A stretch of DNA of 64,000 bases from Octopus vulgaris. Its lineage: Eukaryota. The stretch covers positions 35,712,001 to 35,776,000 of the forward strand of contig OX597837.1 of assembly GCA_951406725.2 (NCBI GenBank), read 5' to 3'. The notes beneath the pieces were generated by a model. It saw nothing but the letters and a program-made list of their open reading frames with translations, had not been told where the DNA came from and made no database searches. Positions 12,231 to 24,842 of this stretch are shown piece after piece; position 1 is the first letter of the stretch, and each line of letters opens with the position of its first letter. Both the position numbers and the translations under genes were made by a program.

Positions 12231-12427
12231 TTATGTGTCTGTGTTTGTCCCCACAACATCGCTTGACAACCGATGCTGGTGTGTTTACGTCTCCGTAACT
12301 TAGCAGTTCGGCAAAAGAGACCGATAGAATAAGTACTGGGCTTACAAAGAATAAGTCCTGGGGTCGATTTGCTTGACTAAAGGCGGTGCTCCAGCATGGC
12401 CGCAGTCAAATGATTGAAATAAAAGAG

Positions 12428-12428
<1 letters not shown>
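12017..12428 (+). mobile_element. SINE family A
   Basis: Near full-length copy ~560 bp upstream of the exon. Confidence 0.9.
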
Positions 12429-12489
<61 letters not shown>

Positions 12490-12986
12490 TATATGTATAT
12501 ATACATATATATACACACACATATATGTATACACACACACCCACACACAAATATGTCTACATAAAGCACAGAAGATACAAAATATCAAGACAAGAATACA
12601 TAATTTTTTAACTCCTTCCACCACACTCTCCCTCCTCATAGCCACTCTCTCCATCCATCTCCCCCACTCTCCTGCCACATCCCCTCCACCACTCCCCCTC
12701 TCCGTCACATACTCCTCCTCCATGCCACACTCCCTGCTCTCTGCCACAGACTCCCCGCTCTCCGCCACACTCTCCCTCCTCACTGCCACATTCTTCCTCT
12801 CCACTACATCCCCCCCCCCCACATACCCTCTCTGCCAATCCTTATCCGCCACACCCCACTCTCTGCCACACTCCCCTTTCTCTCTGTCACCCCCCTTCCA
12901 CAACAATCACCCCCCCCCTTCTGCTGCACCCCTCCCCATATTTTAATCCAGCGACTATATTCTTTGTTTCCAATGTGTATTTGCAG

Positions 12987-13619
12987 ATTCCCAAAGAGAA
13001 GGATTGCAAGGAGGATAGTGAAGGAGAACGGGGGAGAGTCCGAGATGGCCAGAGTGTCACTCCACGTCCGGCCAGTTCCTTGGTTACGTCATCCATACAG
13101 ACAGTCGGTCCATCACCGCCCTCCCCGCACAGCTCTACAGTGTGTGCAACAGCCTCATCGGCCGGCCACGTCGGCACCTCCACCTCCACCACCGCCACCA
13201 GCAGCAGCGCCACCACCACCACCTCCACTGCCACCAACACTACCGGTACGAGCACCACAAGCACCAACACAGCTGCCGGTGGTGTTAGTAGCTTCCCACA
13301 GATTGCGTCCACGTCTACCAATACAGCCGTTAGCAGCGCTGGTGCCCCGCCGCCGCCGACCTCCCTGTCGGCCGCCGCCCTGCCAAGGACCGTAGCAGCG
13401 GTGGCCAAGTCTTCGAAGCCGTCCCACAAGCAACAGCATCCTTCCAAACCCTCCCAAGTGCCTAACACGGTCATCATGTCCATTCCTCAGTTCTACTTCC
13501 CGACCGGAAGACCGATGCCAGTCGAAGAAGTAGAAGCTGTCCTTCAGAATGTGGCTGCCGTTTTTGCTAAAGCGGAAGGCGGCAAAATCTACAAAAATAA
13601 CATGGCTGTTATTGTCAAG
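12987..13619 (+). CDS. PPP2R3A: Internal exon of a serine/threonine-protein phosphatase 2A regulatory subunit B'' (PR72/PR130 family)
   Basis: Acceptor ttgcag|ATT at 12986/12987 and donor AAG|GTAAGG at 13619/13620; 633 nt, phase 0-0, no stop, GC-rich relative to flanks. C-terminal part SIPQFYFPTGRP...EAVLQNVAAVFAKAEGGKIYKNNMAVIVK resembles the B'' motif IP(R/T)FYFPxGxP...MGx(I/V)AK that precedes xCGCPLYWK. Paralogue (R3A vs R3B) cannot be resolved. Confidence 0.88.
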
Positions 13620-13731
13620 GTAAGGAAAAAACAAAATAATCTTTTACTTCAAAATGTTTTTCACCTTTTCGCATTCAGATTATCTTGTCAAATGTAATGC
13701 TTTTTCTTTCACATCATTATTATCGTTTAGT

Positions 13732-14282
13732 GGAGGCGCAATGGCCCAGTGGTTAGGGCAGCGGACTCGTGGTCATAGGATCGCGGTTTCGATTCCCAGA
13801 CTGGGCGTTGTGAGTGTTTATTGAGCGAAAACACCTAAAAGCTCCATGAGGTTCCGGCAAGAGATGGTGGTGATCCCTGCTGTACTCTTTCACCGTAGAG
13901 GCACAATGGCCCAGTGGTTAGGGCAGCGGACTCGCGGTCATAGGATCGTGGTTTCGATTCCCAGACCGGGCATTGTGAGTGTTTATTGAGCAAAAACACC
14001 TAAAAAGCTCCACGAGGCTCCGGCAGGGGATGGTGGTGATCCCTGCTGTACTCTTTCACCACAACTTTCTCTCACTCTTACTCCCTGTTTCTGTTGTACC
14101 TGTATTTCAAAGGGCCGGCCTTGTCACTCTCTGTGTCACGCTGAATGTCCCCGAGAACTACGTTAAGGGTGCACGTGTCTGTGGAGTGCTCGGCCACTTA
14201 CACGTTAATTTCACGAGCAGGCTGTTCCGTTGATTCGGATCAACCGGAACCCTCATCGTCGTAACCGACAGAGTGCTTCCAA
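13732..14282 (+). mobile_element. tRNA-Arg-like SINE (family C, OR1/OR2-like) with duplicated head
   Basis: ggcgcaatggcccagtggttagggcagcggactcgcggtc...ggtttcgattcccagaccgg; the first ~165 bp occur twice (13732-13895, then from 13896); flanked by atcgttta. Confidence 0.8.
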
Positions 14283-14479
14283 CTATCATCGTTTAATGTC
14301 CATCTTCCTTGCATGCATGGGTAAGATGATTGACTGGAGCCAGTCAGGTAAAAAAATTACCCTAGGCTGCTGATTTTACAGCTGAATTGCCCTTCCTAAC
14401 ACCAACTACTCCACAGAGTTTTCAAACTAATCCTGCATTATTTTGAAGCTTTGAAATTTTGATGATGTGATTGTCCGTT

Positions 14480-15135
14480 ATGGAAAGTTCCTCGAGGAAT
14501 GAGAAGATGCAGGCTGGAAAGCGGAGCATTTTCCAATCGAAGCTGGATGTAGAGTATTCATTGGACAGTGTGAGGCGACTGTTGTTATTGTTAGGCTTAG
14601 CGCTTCGTAAAGCAAATACCTATTTCTTTATTACCCACAAGGGGCTAAACACAGAGGGGACAAACAAGGACAGACATAGGTATTAAGTCGATTACATCGA
14701 CCCCAGTGCGAAACTGGTACTTAATTTATCGACCCCGAAAGGATGAAAGGCAAAGTTGACCTCGGTGGAATTTGAACTCACAACGTAACGCAGACGAAAT
14801 ACCGCTAAGCATCTCGCCCGGCATGCTAACGTTTCTGCCAGCTCGCCACCTTTAAAGCAAATACCACCATGAGTGATATTCAGGCTACAGTGGAAAAGGT
14901 AAGCCAATGGATTTGGTTGGAAACGAGATGATGAATATTGAGTGAAACCTGATAACCACTTCATCTGTCAAGCGGGGCCCTCATTTCAGTGGTAGCAGGA
15001 GTGGTGTGCAAGGATGCTGTTGAGAGATAGGCCCTGAAATGGTGTGCATTCTCTCCTGATGACCCCATAAACTTTTTGGTATCTGATATGCTGAGCTTTC
15101 AATTGGTTGCACTTGCAGCTGCAAGTTTGCAAAAA
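14480..15135 (+). mobile_element. HERO-clade (RLE) LINE 3' end interrupted by a SINE
   Basis: EDAGWKAEHFPIEAGCR..(fs)VRRLLLLLGLALRKANT / TMSDIQATVEKVSQWIWL resembles the HERO C-terminal GWK..FPVEVGCRG...AERASxWIW motif. Confidence 0.7.
14621..14852 (-). mobile_element. SINE family B, alternative tail, with 13-bp TSD
   Basis: TSD taaagcaaatacc at 14608-14620 and 14853-14865. Confidence 0.9.
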
Positions 15136-16689
15136 ATCTTTAGAATGGCATTGAAGGGTAAGTGGGATAGGCTGGATCTGGTTGGTCGAAACATAACCGG
15201 TCAGATATTTGGGCCAGATATGGCTGGTTTAAATGCTAAAGGGTTTTAGTCATTTGACTGTGGCCAAGCTGGGGTGGGTACCATCTTGAAGGGTTTTAGT
15301 TGAACAAATCGCCCACCCCCTCCCACCACCACTGTTTATGTTATTTTCAAGTCTGGTACTTATTCTATTGGTCTCTTTCTGCTAAACCCCTAAGTTATGG
15401 GAACATAAACAAACTGACACCAGTTGTCAAGCAGTAGTGAGTGTACAAACAGGCACAAAAACACATGCACACACACACACACACACACACATAAATGTAT
15501 GTGTATATACACATACACGCAGGACTTTCATCCCCTGACACAAAGTTACCTCCGCCAATGTCCCCCATCCCTCTCAAAACTCCTTGTCTTACAAGTTACT
15601 TGGTGACCCTGCTGGTGCTGGTGTCATGTAAAAAAGCAGCCACTCCACACACTCTGAAGTGGCTGGCATTTGAAAGAGCATCAGCTGTGAAAACCATGCC
15701 AAAACTGACCTCACCTGCCCTGGTGCCACATAGAAAGCACTCAGTCCATTCTGCCAGGTGGTTGGTGTTAGGGAGGGCATCCACCCATAAAAACCCTGCC
15801 AAAACCGACACAATATCCTGGTGTAGTCTTCTATCTGTCCTGACCCCTCTCAAACCATCTAACCAAGGCCAGTATGGAAGGCAGACATTCAGGGATGATG
15901 ATGATGAGTGAGAAACGTTCTTCTACAGGAATTCGCATGGTGTGCCACGGAGAGTAGATGTTTAATGATGGGCTTCTGCACAGTTTTGCTTACCAAATTT
16001 ACTTACAAGGCGTCGGTCAGCATGGGGCTATCATAGAAGACACCCAAGGTGTTGTGCTGTAGAAATGAACCTGAAAGCTTTTAGTTGCAAAATGAGCTTC
16101 TTAACCACGCAATTTTTTTCTGTATTGCTTTATCAGGATGGAGGGCCATGCTTAGGACCATGTACAGGAACTCTTTGACTTGCAGGAGGAATAAAACCAA
16201 TTTTTCCTAAACCAAAGACCTGGCCTAGTACCAAAAGACTAGTGACATATTAAATCTGCCACCCAAGAACATAGAGAACAAAGAACTGGAAAAAAAATCC
16301 TGCAAGGCACCATGTCTGGTGTTCCATGAATTCTGCCATTTTATTATTGGCTACAATTGCCAAGCATGAGGCAGTCTTTCTGTCAAATCATCCAATCCAT
16401 AGCAGCATGGAAGACATCATCATTATTTAACATCCATTTTCCATGCTGGCATTGGTTGGATGACTCGACAGGGGCTGGCAAGGCTGGAGAGCTGCACCAG
16501 GCTCCATAGTCCATTTTGGCTTGGTTTCTGCAGCTGGATGCCCATCCTAATGCCAACAGAATGTACTAGGTGTTTCTTTTACCTGGCACAGTCACCATAA
16601 CGATGTGATGGAGGAGAGCAAACTTATGACCTGTGTGAAGGGGTTAGATGTAAAATTGTTTAAAATCAATAAATATATATTAAATTGGA

Positions 16690-16985
16690 TATTGATTACC
16701 ATCACATGTCTGCACCATCACAGTGATATCTCCTACATACATTAACTGATATCTCGAGTCAAATCATTTATCATCCCTGAATATCACTTGTCCATACCAT
16801 CAGCCGATATCATGCTTAAACATTTATCATCTCTATCATCACAGTGATATCTTGTCCATACATCGACTGATATCTCTTATACCCAGATGTTTATCAATCC
16901 TTCATGTCACATGTCTATACCATCACAGGGAAATTTTTTTACATATATCAAACGATATCTCTAACAGTCAGACACATATCAGATC
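16690..16985. repeat. Degenerate tandem repeat rich in GATATC/TTATC
   Basis: Recurrent catcacagtgatatc, actgatatctc and catttatcat blocks. Confidence 0.6.
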
Positions 16986-17123
16986 TTAACCTTTTTGATA
17001 CCAACCCATTTGTGACTACCCCTTCTGGCTCTGTTATACAAACTTCCTTTTTTAAACTGATCTAAGTTAAAACCTTCTATCAAATTTTCATGTTAATTGA
17101 TGTTCCAAAATGCTAGATTAATA

Positions 17124-17586
17124 CAGTAATTCCTCGCCATATTACGGTTCACCTATTGTGGTTCATTAGCGAGCTGGTAGAATCGTTAACACGCCGGGCA
17201 AAATGCGTAGCCTTATTTTGTCTGCCGTTATGCTCTGAGTTCAAATTCTGCTGAGGTCGACTTTGCCTTTCATCCTTTCGGGGTCGATAAATTAAGTACC
17301 AGTTACACACTGGATTCGATCTAATCGACTTGATCCGTTTGTCTGTCCTTGTTTGTCCCCTCTGTGTTTAGCCCCTTGTGGGTAGTGAAGAAATATATTG
17401 TGGTTTATTATTTAAGTTTATGTCAATTCCTCCATGGTGTTGTTTTGCATTTATAATAAAATAAATATATACAAATTATAAAAATAATAAAAAAAATATA
17501 CAGTCCTGTTTCTACTTTGTGGACTTTCCCCTATCGCAGGGTTGGGGTTTGGAACGTAACACCTGTGATAGTCGAGGGTTATACTG
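17124..17586. mobile_element. pogo/Tigger-like MITE with nested SINE B (17168-17392)
   Basis: TA-cagtaattcctcg ... cgagggttatactg-TA termini. Confidence 0.75.
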
Positions 17587-17589
17587 TAG

Positions 17590-17973
17590 TACTCTTACTC
17601 TTTTACTTGTTTCAGTCATTTGACTGCGGCCATGCTGGAGCACCACCTTTAGTCGAGCAAATCGACCCTAGAACTTATTCTTTGTAAGCCTAGTACTTAT
17701 TCTATCAGTCTCTTTTGCCGAACCGCTAAGTTACAGGGACCTAAACACACCAGCATTGGTTGTCAAGCGATGTTGGGTGAGGTACAAACACACACACACA
17801 CAAACATACACACACACATATATATACATATATACGACGGGCTTCTTTCAGTTTCCGTCTACCAAATCCACTCACAAGGCTTTGGTCGGCCCAAGGCTAT
17901 AGTAGAAGACACTTGCCCAAGGTTCCACACTGTGGGAATGAACCCTGGACCATGTGGTTGGTAAGCAAGCTAC
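17590..17973 (-). mobile_element. SINE family A
   Basis: Reverse copy, head slightly truncated. Confidence 0.9.
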
Positions 17974-19612
17974 TTTTGAAACAAAGGTAGTGTATTTCAA
18001 TGCAAATATGGTAACAAAAGGGTTAAAGTGATCCGGCTACAAAAGCATTCATGTCACAACTCATCTACGTATATTTGTGGTTTTATCATTATTCTCACTT
18101 CACAGCATAATTTTGAGTTGACCTTATCTTTTGAATGACATTTTATAGAAACAAAACTGTTGTGAAGCACGTACCTCATTCTTGGCTGGCAGCCTTAATG
18201 CATTATTATCTAGTTTATCACTAGCACCTGGCACTCAGGTACCCTCGGCAGAATCCCTGCTGTTGTAAGCGTTCGAGTGTGAATACAAGAGAACAATTCA
18301 GTGTTGCTGGGGGCAAAACAACCTCTACAGTGCTGGTGCCATAGAAAAGCGCAGTCATACTTTTGGTGAAGTGGTAGGTGTTAGGAAGAGAATCTGGTCA
18401 TAGAAACCTTACCAAAACTGAAACACTGCTGGTCTCTCAAATTGTTGGGACCTGCTAGCATGGAAAGCAGATGTAAAAGGATAGAAGTGATGTGTGTGTG
18501 TATTGTGAAGGTGTATGGTTTTGTGGTTAGGTCATTTTGAGTTAGAATCTCAGTGTTGTCCTTGAGCAAGATACTTTCTCACGTTGCTCCAGTCTACTCA
18601 GCTGGCGAAAGTGAGTTGTACCTGTATTTCAAAGGGGCCAGCTTTTTTGCATTCAGGTGCGTCATGTTGAATCTCACTGAGAACTTCATTAGGGGTACAC
18701 GTGTCTGTGGAGTACTCGGCCACTTCCTTTTTACTCGTTCGCGCACATATGCACATACACATGCTCTCTCTCTGTCACACACACACACAGACATTCACAG
18801 TCAGTCATATACAAACACCATATATACACACACATACAATCACACACACAAACACCATGCACACAAGCACTCTCTGATATTCACACACTGTCATATACAC
18901 ATACAGTCGTTCACACACACACACACTCTCTCTCACTCACTCATGTACAGCCACACTAATGTATGGCCACACTCACGTGCAGCCACACTCACGCGCAGCC
19001 ACCCTCACAATACATCTATGATGTGACATGTCAAGACTTACTGAATGAGTCTTCTATAACCAGATGCCTGTCCAAAAGGCTGTTCTTGTTTTTTCTTGGA
19101 AACTGTTTAGAATTCCATGACTTCACATGACCCATCGTGCTTGGAGACATTTTGTTTAGATCAGATGTAAACATTGTCCTCACCAGCTGCACAGTGTCAA
19201 TGTAGAGACACATGGCTACAAATGCACACGTGTATCTATCTATCTATATATATAATGTACACACACATGATGGGCTTCAGTACAAATTTCGAACACAAGG
19301 CACACACACACACACACACATAGAGGCATGTAACTGAGCTATTAAAATAACTATTTATCATACTTAGTATATATACACTGTTAGTAGGCCAGTTACTGTG
19401 GTATTTATCCTGATATAACATCTCATAGATGCCAGTTCCCTTAGTTTTACATGTGCTGTCAGTATTTTTCGTTTCTCATTTGTTTTGTAACCAACTGATT
19501 CTTCATATCAACTGTAAGATGATCAAATGGTTCTTCATATTCTCCTGTGCTCTGAGCATTGCCTGGACTAAGTTGTGGTTTTCAGGGTTGCCAGCCTATG
19601 GGCTCTTTTGCT

Positions 19613-19828
19613 CTTTGCTCTTTTACTTGTTTCAGTCATTTGACTGCAGCCATGCTGGAGCATCGCCTTTAGTTGAGCAACTCGATCCCGGGACTTATTC
19701 TTTTGTAAGCCCAGTACTTATTCTATCGGTCTCTTTTGCCGAACCGCTAAGTGACGGGGACGTAAACACACCAGCATTGGTTGTCAAGCAATGCTAGGGG
19801 GACAAACACAGACACACAAACACACACA

Positions 19829-19870
<42 letters not shown>

Positions 19871-20045
19871 TATACATATATATGAGAGGCTTCTTTCAGT
19901 TTCCGTCTACCAAATCCACTCACAAGGCATTGGTCGGCACTGGGCTATAGTAGAAGACACTTGCCCAAGATGCCACGCAATGGGACTTAACCCGGAACCA
20001 TGTGGTTGGTTAGCAAGCTACTTACCACACAGCCACTCCTGCGCC
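19613..20045 (-). mobile_element. SINE family A
   Basis: Full-length reverse copy. Confidence 0.92.
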
Positions 20046-20057
20046 TATATGTATTAA

Positions 20058-20335
20058 TAGTTAGATACAACTGTCTTTTATACAGATATGTATGTATAGT
20101 TATCTATATATAAACTCTGTTTTATACAAATGTGTATATATGGCTATATATAAGCAATCTTTTATACAAATGTGTATGTATGGTTATATATAAACTTTTA
20201 TACAAATATGTATATATAAATAGTTATATATAATTATCCTTTACATAAACATGTGTGTATAAATAATTGTATATAAACTATCTTTTCTACACATGTGTAT
20301 GTAATATAAATAATTATATCTATTTCTTATGCACA
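20058..20335. repeat. Degenerate ~40-bp AT-rich minisatellite
   Basis: About 6 units of ttatatataaactatcttttatacaaatgtgtatgtatag. Confidence 0.7.
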
Positions 20336-20809
20336 TGTCAGTGAAGCCCCGCTGTGAAAAAATGTCAGATATTCCAGTGAAAGATCTTTCAATAAAATTC
20401 TTCATTGCACTTAATAAATGACATTTCCAGGTTTATTTTTTTTTTTGGTATCATTTCATTATTATTATTATTGTATTTGCTTTGTGGTTGGTTTTTTTTT
20501 TATTCCTTATTTTTCTTCCTTTTATGTTGCGGTGCCTCTGTCACACTGGGAGTACAGTGGAAGTTGTGCAAAGGAGATCACGTGGAATGTATTTTTATAC
20601 ATTTGTTCTCTCTCTCTCGCATGTGTGTATGTGTATATATATATGTGTATACATACATACACATGTGCACATACATACAAGCATATACATATCAAAGCAA
20701 AAGTTTGTTAAAATTTGGTATATTTTTGATTCCATGTCACACGTGTTTCAATACAATATAGAAAATACGTTGGGAGGATACAGCTTGGATTATAGCTCTT
20801 TCTACACAC

Positions 20810-20810
20810 C

Positions 20811-20853
<43 letters not shown>

Positions 20854-20860
20854 TATATAT

Positions 20861-20945
<85 letters not shown>

Positions 20946-21078
20946 CACACACACACACACATATATATATATACACACACACACATATATATATGCACAC
21001 ACACACATATATACACACATACACACATATATATATACATATATACACACATACACACATATATATATATATATATAT

Positions 21079-21149
<71 letters not shown>

Positions 21150-21151
21150 TA

Positions 21152-21182
<31 letters not shown>

Positions 21183-21224
21183 TGTTATTGCCATATTAAT
21201 ATTAGAGAGACTTAGTAATTTTAA

Positions 21225-21290
<66 letters not shown>
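20810..21290. repeat. (TA)n/(CA)n compound microsatellite
   Basis: Directly visible. Confidence 0.95.
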
Positions 21291-21910
21291 TGCAATGTAA
21301 TGTATCAGCTGGAGCTGTGTGGAAATGGAAGAATCATTAAGAAACCGCGAGAAACAACGAAATCTCAAGCCTCCTTTATCCAAGATGGATTACCAGATCA
21401 CCTCCTGTATTCCTTGATGATGTCACACTCCAGTTGATGTGTAAGATGATAATGTTGATCCTGTGTTGGCCATTTAACTTACACAAACACAGGAAAACAG
21501 GCAAATGGGGCTTCTCTCTTCAAAAGAATATATATATATATGTGCGTATATGGGTGTGTGTATATAGGTCAGCGTGCCTACATGCAGTGTACTTAACCAG
21601 ATATTTTCAGCTCCCTGTCCAGGTCAGCATTTTACCCTTACTCCCATGTTGCCTCATAATTGTATTATCAAACCCGGTTACATTCTTATAAACACGAGAG
21701 TCATATATTATTTGATTAAGGATAACCCAATTTCTGATATTTTGAATGCATTTAGTACATGTGTCTCAAGTGGTTATGTTAGAAATCGCTACACAAGTTA
21801 TCTTTTCTTCAGTCATTAGATTCACTTGTTAGGTATTAAATGCATTTGAAATAGCAGTAATTGATTGTGAGATTATTTTTACATATAATGTGTGCACATG
21901 TATATATGTA

Positions 21911-22075
21911 GGCGCAGGAGTGGCTGTATGGTAGGTAGCTTGCTAACCAACCACATGGTTCCAGGTTCAGTCCCACTACGTGGCATCTTGGGCAAGTGTC
22001 TTCTGCTATAGCCCCGGGCCGACCAATGCCTTGTGAGTGGATTTGGTAGACGGAAACTGAAAGAAGCCTGTTGTA

Positions 22076-22120
<45 letters not shown>

Positions 22121-22318
22121 CTGTGTTTGTCCCCCTAGCATTGCTTGACAACCGATGCTGGTGTGTTTATGTCCCCGTTACTTAGCGGTTCGGCAAAAAG
22201 AGACTGATAGAATAAGTACTGGGCTTACAAAAGAATATGTCCCGGGGTCGAGTTGCTCGATTAAAAGGCGGTGCTCCAGCATGGCCGCAGTCAAATGACT
22301 GAAACAAGTAAAAGAGTA
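21911..22318 (+). mobile_element. SINE family A
   Basis: Full-length copy. Confidence 0.92.
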
Positions 22319-22407
22319 ATATACATATCCATATACCAGAGTAAGCACATAAATGTGAAACAACATGGAAAAAGTAGTATTTGAACACTGGATGCAGAGT
22401 AATATGC

Positions 22408-22476
22408 TTCATTACTAAAGCTACAAGGACATCACAAAAACAGTTTTTGTGATGTCTTTGCAGCTTTGTTAATAAA
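22408..22476. repeat. Imperfect palindrome (~70 bp)
   Basis: aaagctacaaggacatcacaaaaa-cag-tttttgtgatgtctttgcagcttt. Confidence 0.85.
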
Positions 22477-22689
22477 GTATATATATATATATATATATAT
22501 ACATATATGTATGTGTATATATATATGTATGTGTATATATATATGTATGTGTATATATATATATGTATGTGTATATATATATATGTATGTGTATATATAT
22601 ATATGTATGTGTATATATATATATGTATGTGTATATATATATATGTATGTGTATATATATATATGTATGTGTATATATATATATGTATG

Positions 22690-22727
<38 letters not shown>

Positions 22728-22764
22728 TATATGTATAGTGTATGAAGTGATGTACAGATATTGT

Positions 22765-22941
22765 ATATGGAGAAAAAGGAGGCAGTCAGAATTTTAGATA
22801 ATTGTTTATTAGCGCTTTCGTTTGTTTATCAAACTTGTCAAAACAAAATTGAAATTCTGATTTTGTCTTGGGTTCAGTAAACAAACAAAAGCTGTAATAA
22901 AGTATTATACAAAATTCTGACTGCCTCCTTTTTCTCAATAT
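22765..22941. repeat. Fold-back element (~175 bp)
   Basis: Perfect 26-bp outer arms gagaaaaaggaggcagtcagaatttt / aaaattctgactgcctcctttttctc plus imperfect inner arms. Confidence 0.9.
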
Positions 22942-23484
22942 CATCATCATCATCGTTTAACGTCTGCTTTCCATGCTAGCATGAGTTGGACGATTTGACT
23001 GAGGACTGGCGAACCAGGTGGCTGCAACAGGCTCCATTCTTGATTTGGCAGTTTCTACAGCTTGATGCCCTTCCTGATGCCAACCACTCCGAGAGTGTAT
23101 TGGGTGCTTTTATGTGCCACCGACACGAGGGCCAGTCAAGTGGTACAGGCAATGGCCATGCTCAAATGGTGTTTTTTACGTGCCACCTGCACAAGAGCCA
23201 GTCCAGCAGCACTGGTAATGACCTCACTCGAATGTTTCTTCAGATGCCACAGTCAAATGACTGAAACAAGTAAAAGAGAATATATATTTTGTCTGTCTGC
23301 CTGCATGCCTGTCTATCTGTTTTTTAGTCTCTCTGTCAGTCTGTCTGTCTGTTGGTCTGCCTGTCTATATATCTGTTTATCTCTCTGTCTATCTTTTGGT
23401 CTATCTGTTTATCTATCAGTCTATCGATTTGTCTGTCTGTCTATGTATTGGGTCTATTAATTTGTCTATCTGTCTGTCAGTCTC

Positions 23485-23554
<70 letters not shown>

Positions 23555-23712
23555 GTTATATACAGCAGTTGTTTTTGTTCCTTATTCTTATACAACAACA
23601 GTAGCAGCAACAGGAAGGAACAGCCAAGGAATTTCTCTGAGTCTCTCCAGGGATTTGCCTTTTTGACAGAGTTGCTGCTGCCAATGCCGAAGCTAGTTTT
23701 TTCTTTAGATTT

Positions 23713-23750
<38 letters not shown>

Positions 23751-23878
23751 TTCTTGTGAAATATCTGTGAAGTAAATTCTTATTGTTCAACCATGAAACT
23801 TGTTAAACAGTCAGACATTTGGGTTGTTAATCTTTTTTTTTATTCCTCGGGGCTCACTGCCTCTTATTTATTCAGTTC

Positions 23879-23911
<33 letters not shown>

Positions 23912-24036
23912 ATATAAATACATACACACACACACACATATACGTACAGGAAGAGAGTATACTGTTCCATTGTTGGCAGGATCAACAAAAAGCAGTAATC
24001 CATTCAGTAAAGATCATTTATATGAATCTATCTATC

Positions 24037-24070
<34 letters not shown>

Positions 24071-24136
24071 TTTGCATATATTTATATATGTATATGTACA
24101 TATATTTGTATGCATTCATGTAAATATATCCATATA

Positions 24137-24261
<125 letters not shown>

Positions 24262-24842
24262 GTGCATATGTATGTGTGTATGGATCTGTTTAATGTGTCT
24301 TCAGTTGATGCTTGTTGGAGTAAAATAATTTCAAAGACAGAAGAAACCTTAACAAAACATCTGTCACATGCAGAAAATAGGAAAGACAAAAAAAAATATA
24401 TAATAATAAAGAGCCCCTTTCCCGAATAAAAAATCCACCTCAATGTAGTTGGTATTTTTTTTATTCAGATGCGAGTCAGAACTGATTGAGTAAACCTCTG
24501 ATCAAAGGCATTCCGAATATGATGATCATGTATTTTTTTCTTCTTTGCATATCAACAACTAGATTGTCTGATATGTTGTTCTATATTTGAGACAAAGGTT
24601 TGATTTGAGTGGAGATGTGACTGGTATTTCTAGTAAATTGAGTTACTGCATAGAGCAGTGCTTCTCAACCAGGGTTCATATGATCCTCGGTGGGGTCCAC
24701 GTAAGATTTTGTTGTTAAAATTTATCTGCAATAAATTTTTTAAAATATAATTCTTAACAATATTTAATTGAAAGAAATATGAGATTTTTTGAAGCATCAA
24801 ATGTCTGAGGGTCCTTAAATTAAAATAGGGATCAAAAGGGTG

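Larger units (their letters stand above)
16990..18022. mobile_element. piggyBac-type MITE carrying nested insertions
   Basis: TTAA at 16986-16989 and 18023-18026; TIR cctttttgatacca / tggtaacaaaaggg. Confidence 0.7.

Noticed and set aside
12887-13634. Antisense and alternate-frame ORFs over the exon
   Set aside because: Shadows of a GC-rich low-complexity coding exon.
21309-21440. Possible small exon (MEESLRNREKQRNLKPPLSK.., GTAAGA donor)
   Set aside because: In-frame stop before the donor, weak acceptor and no similarity to PP2A B''; a non-coding exon cannot be excluded.
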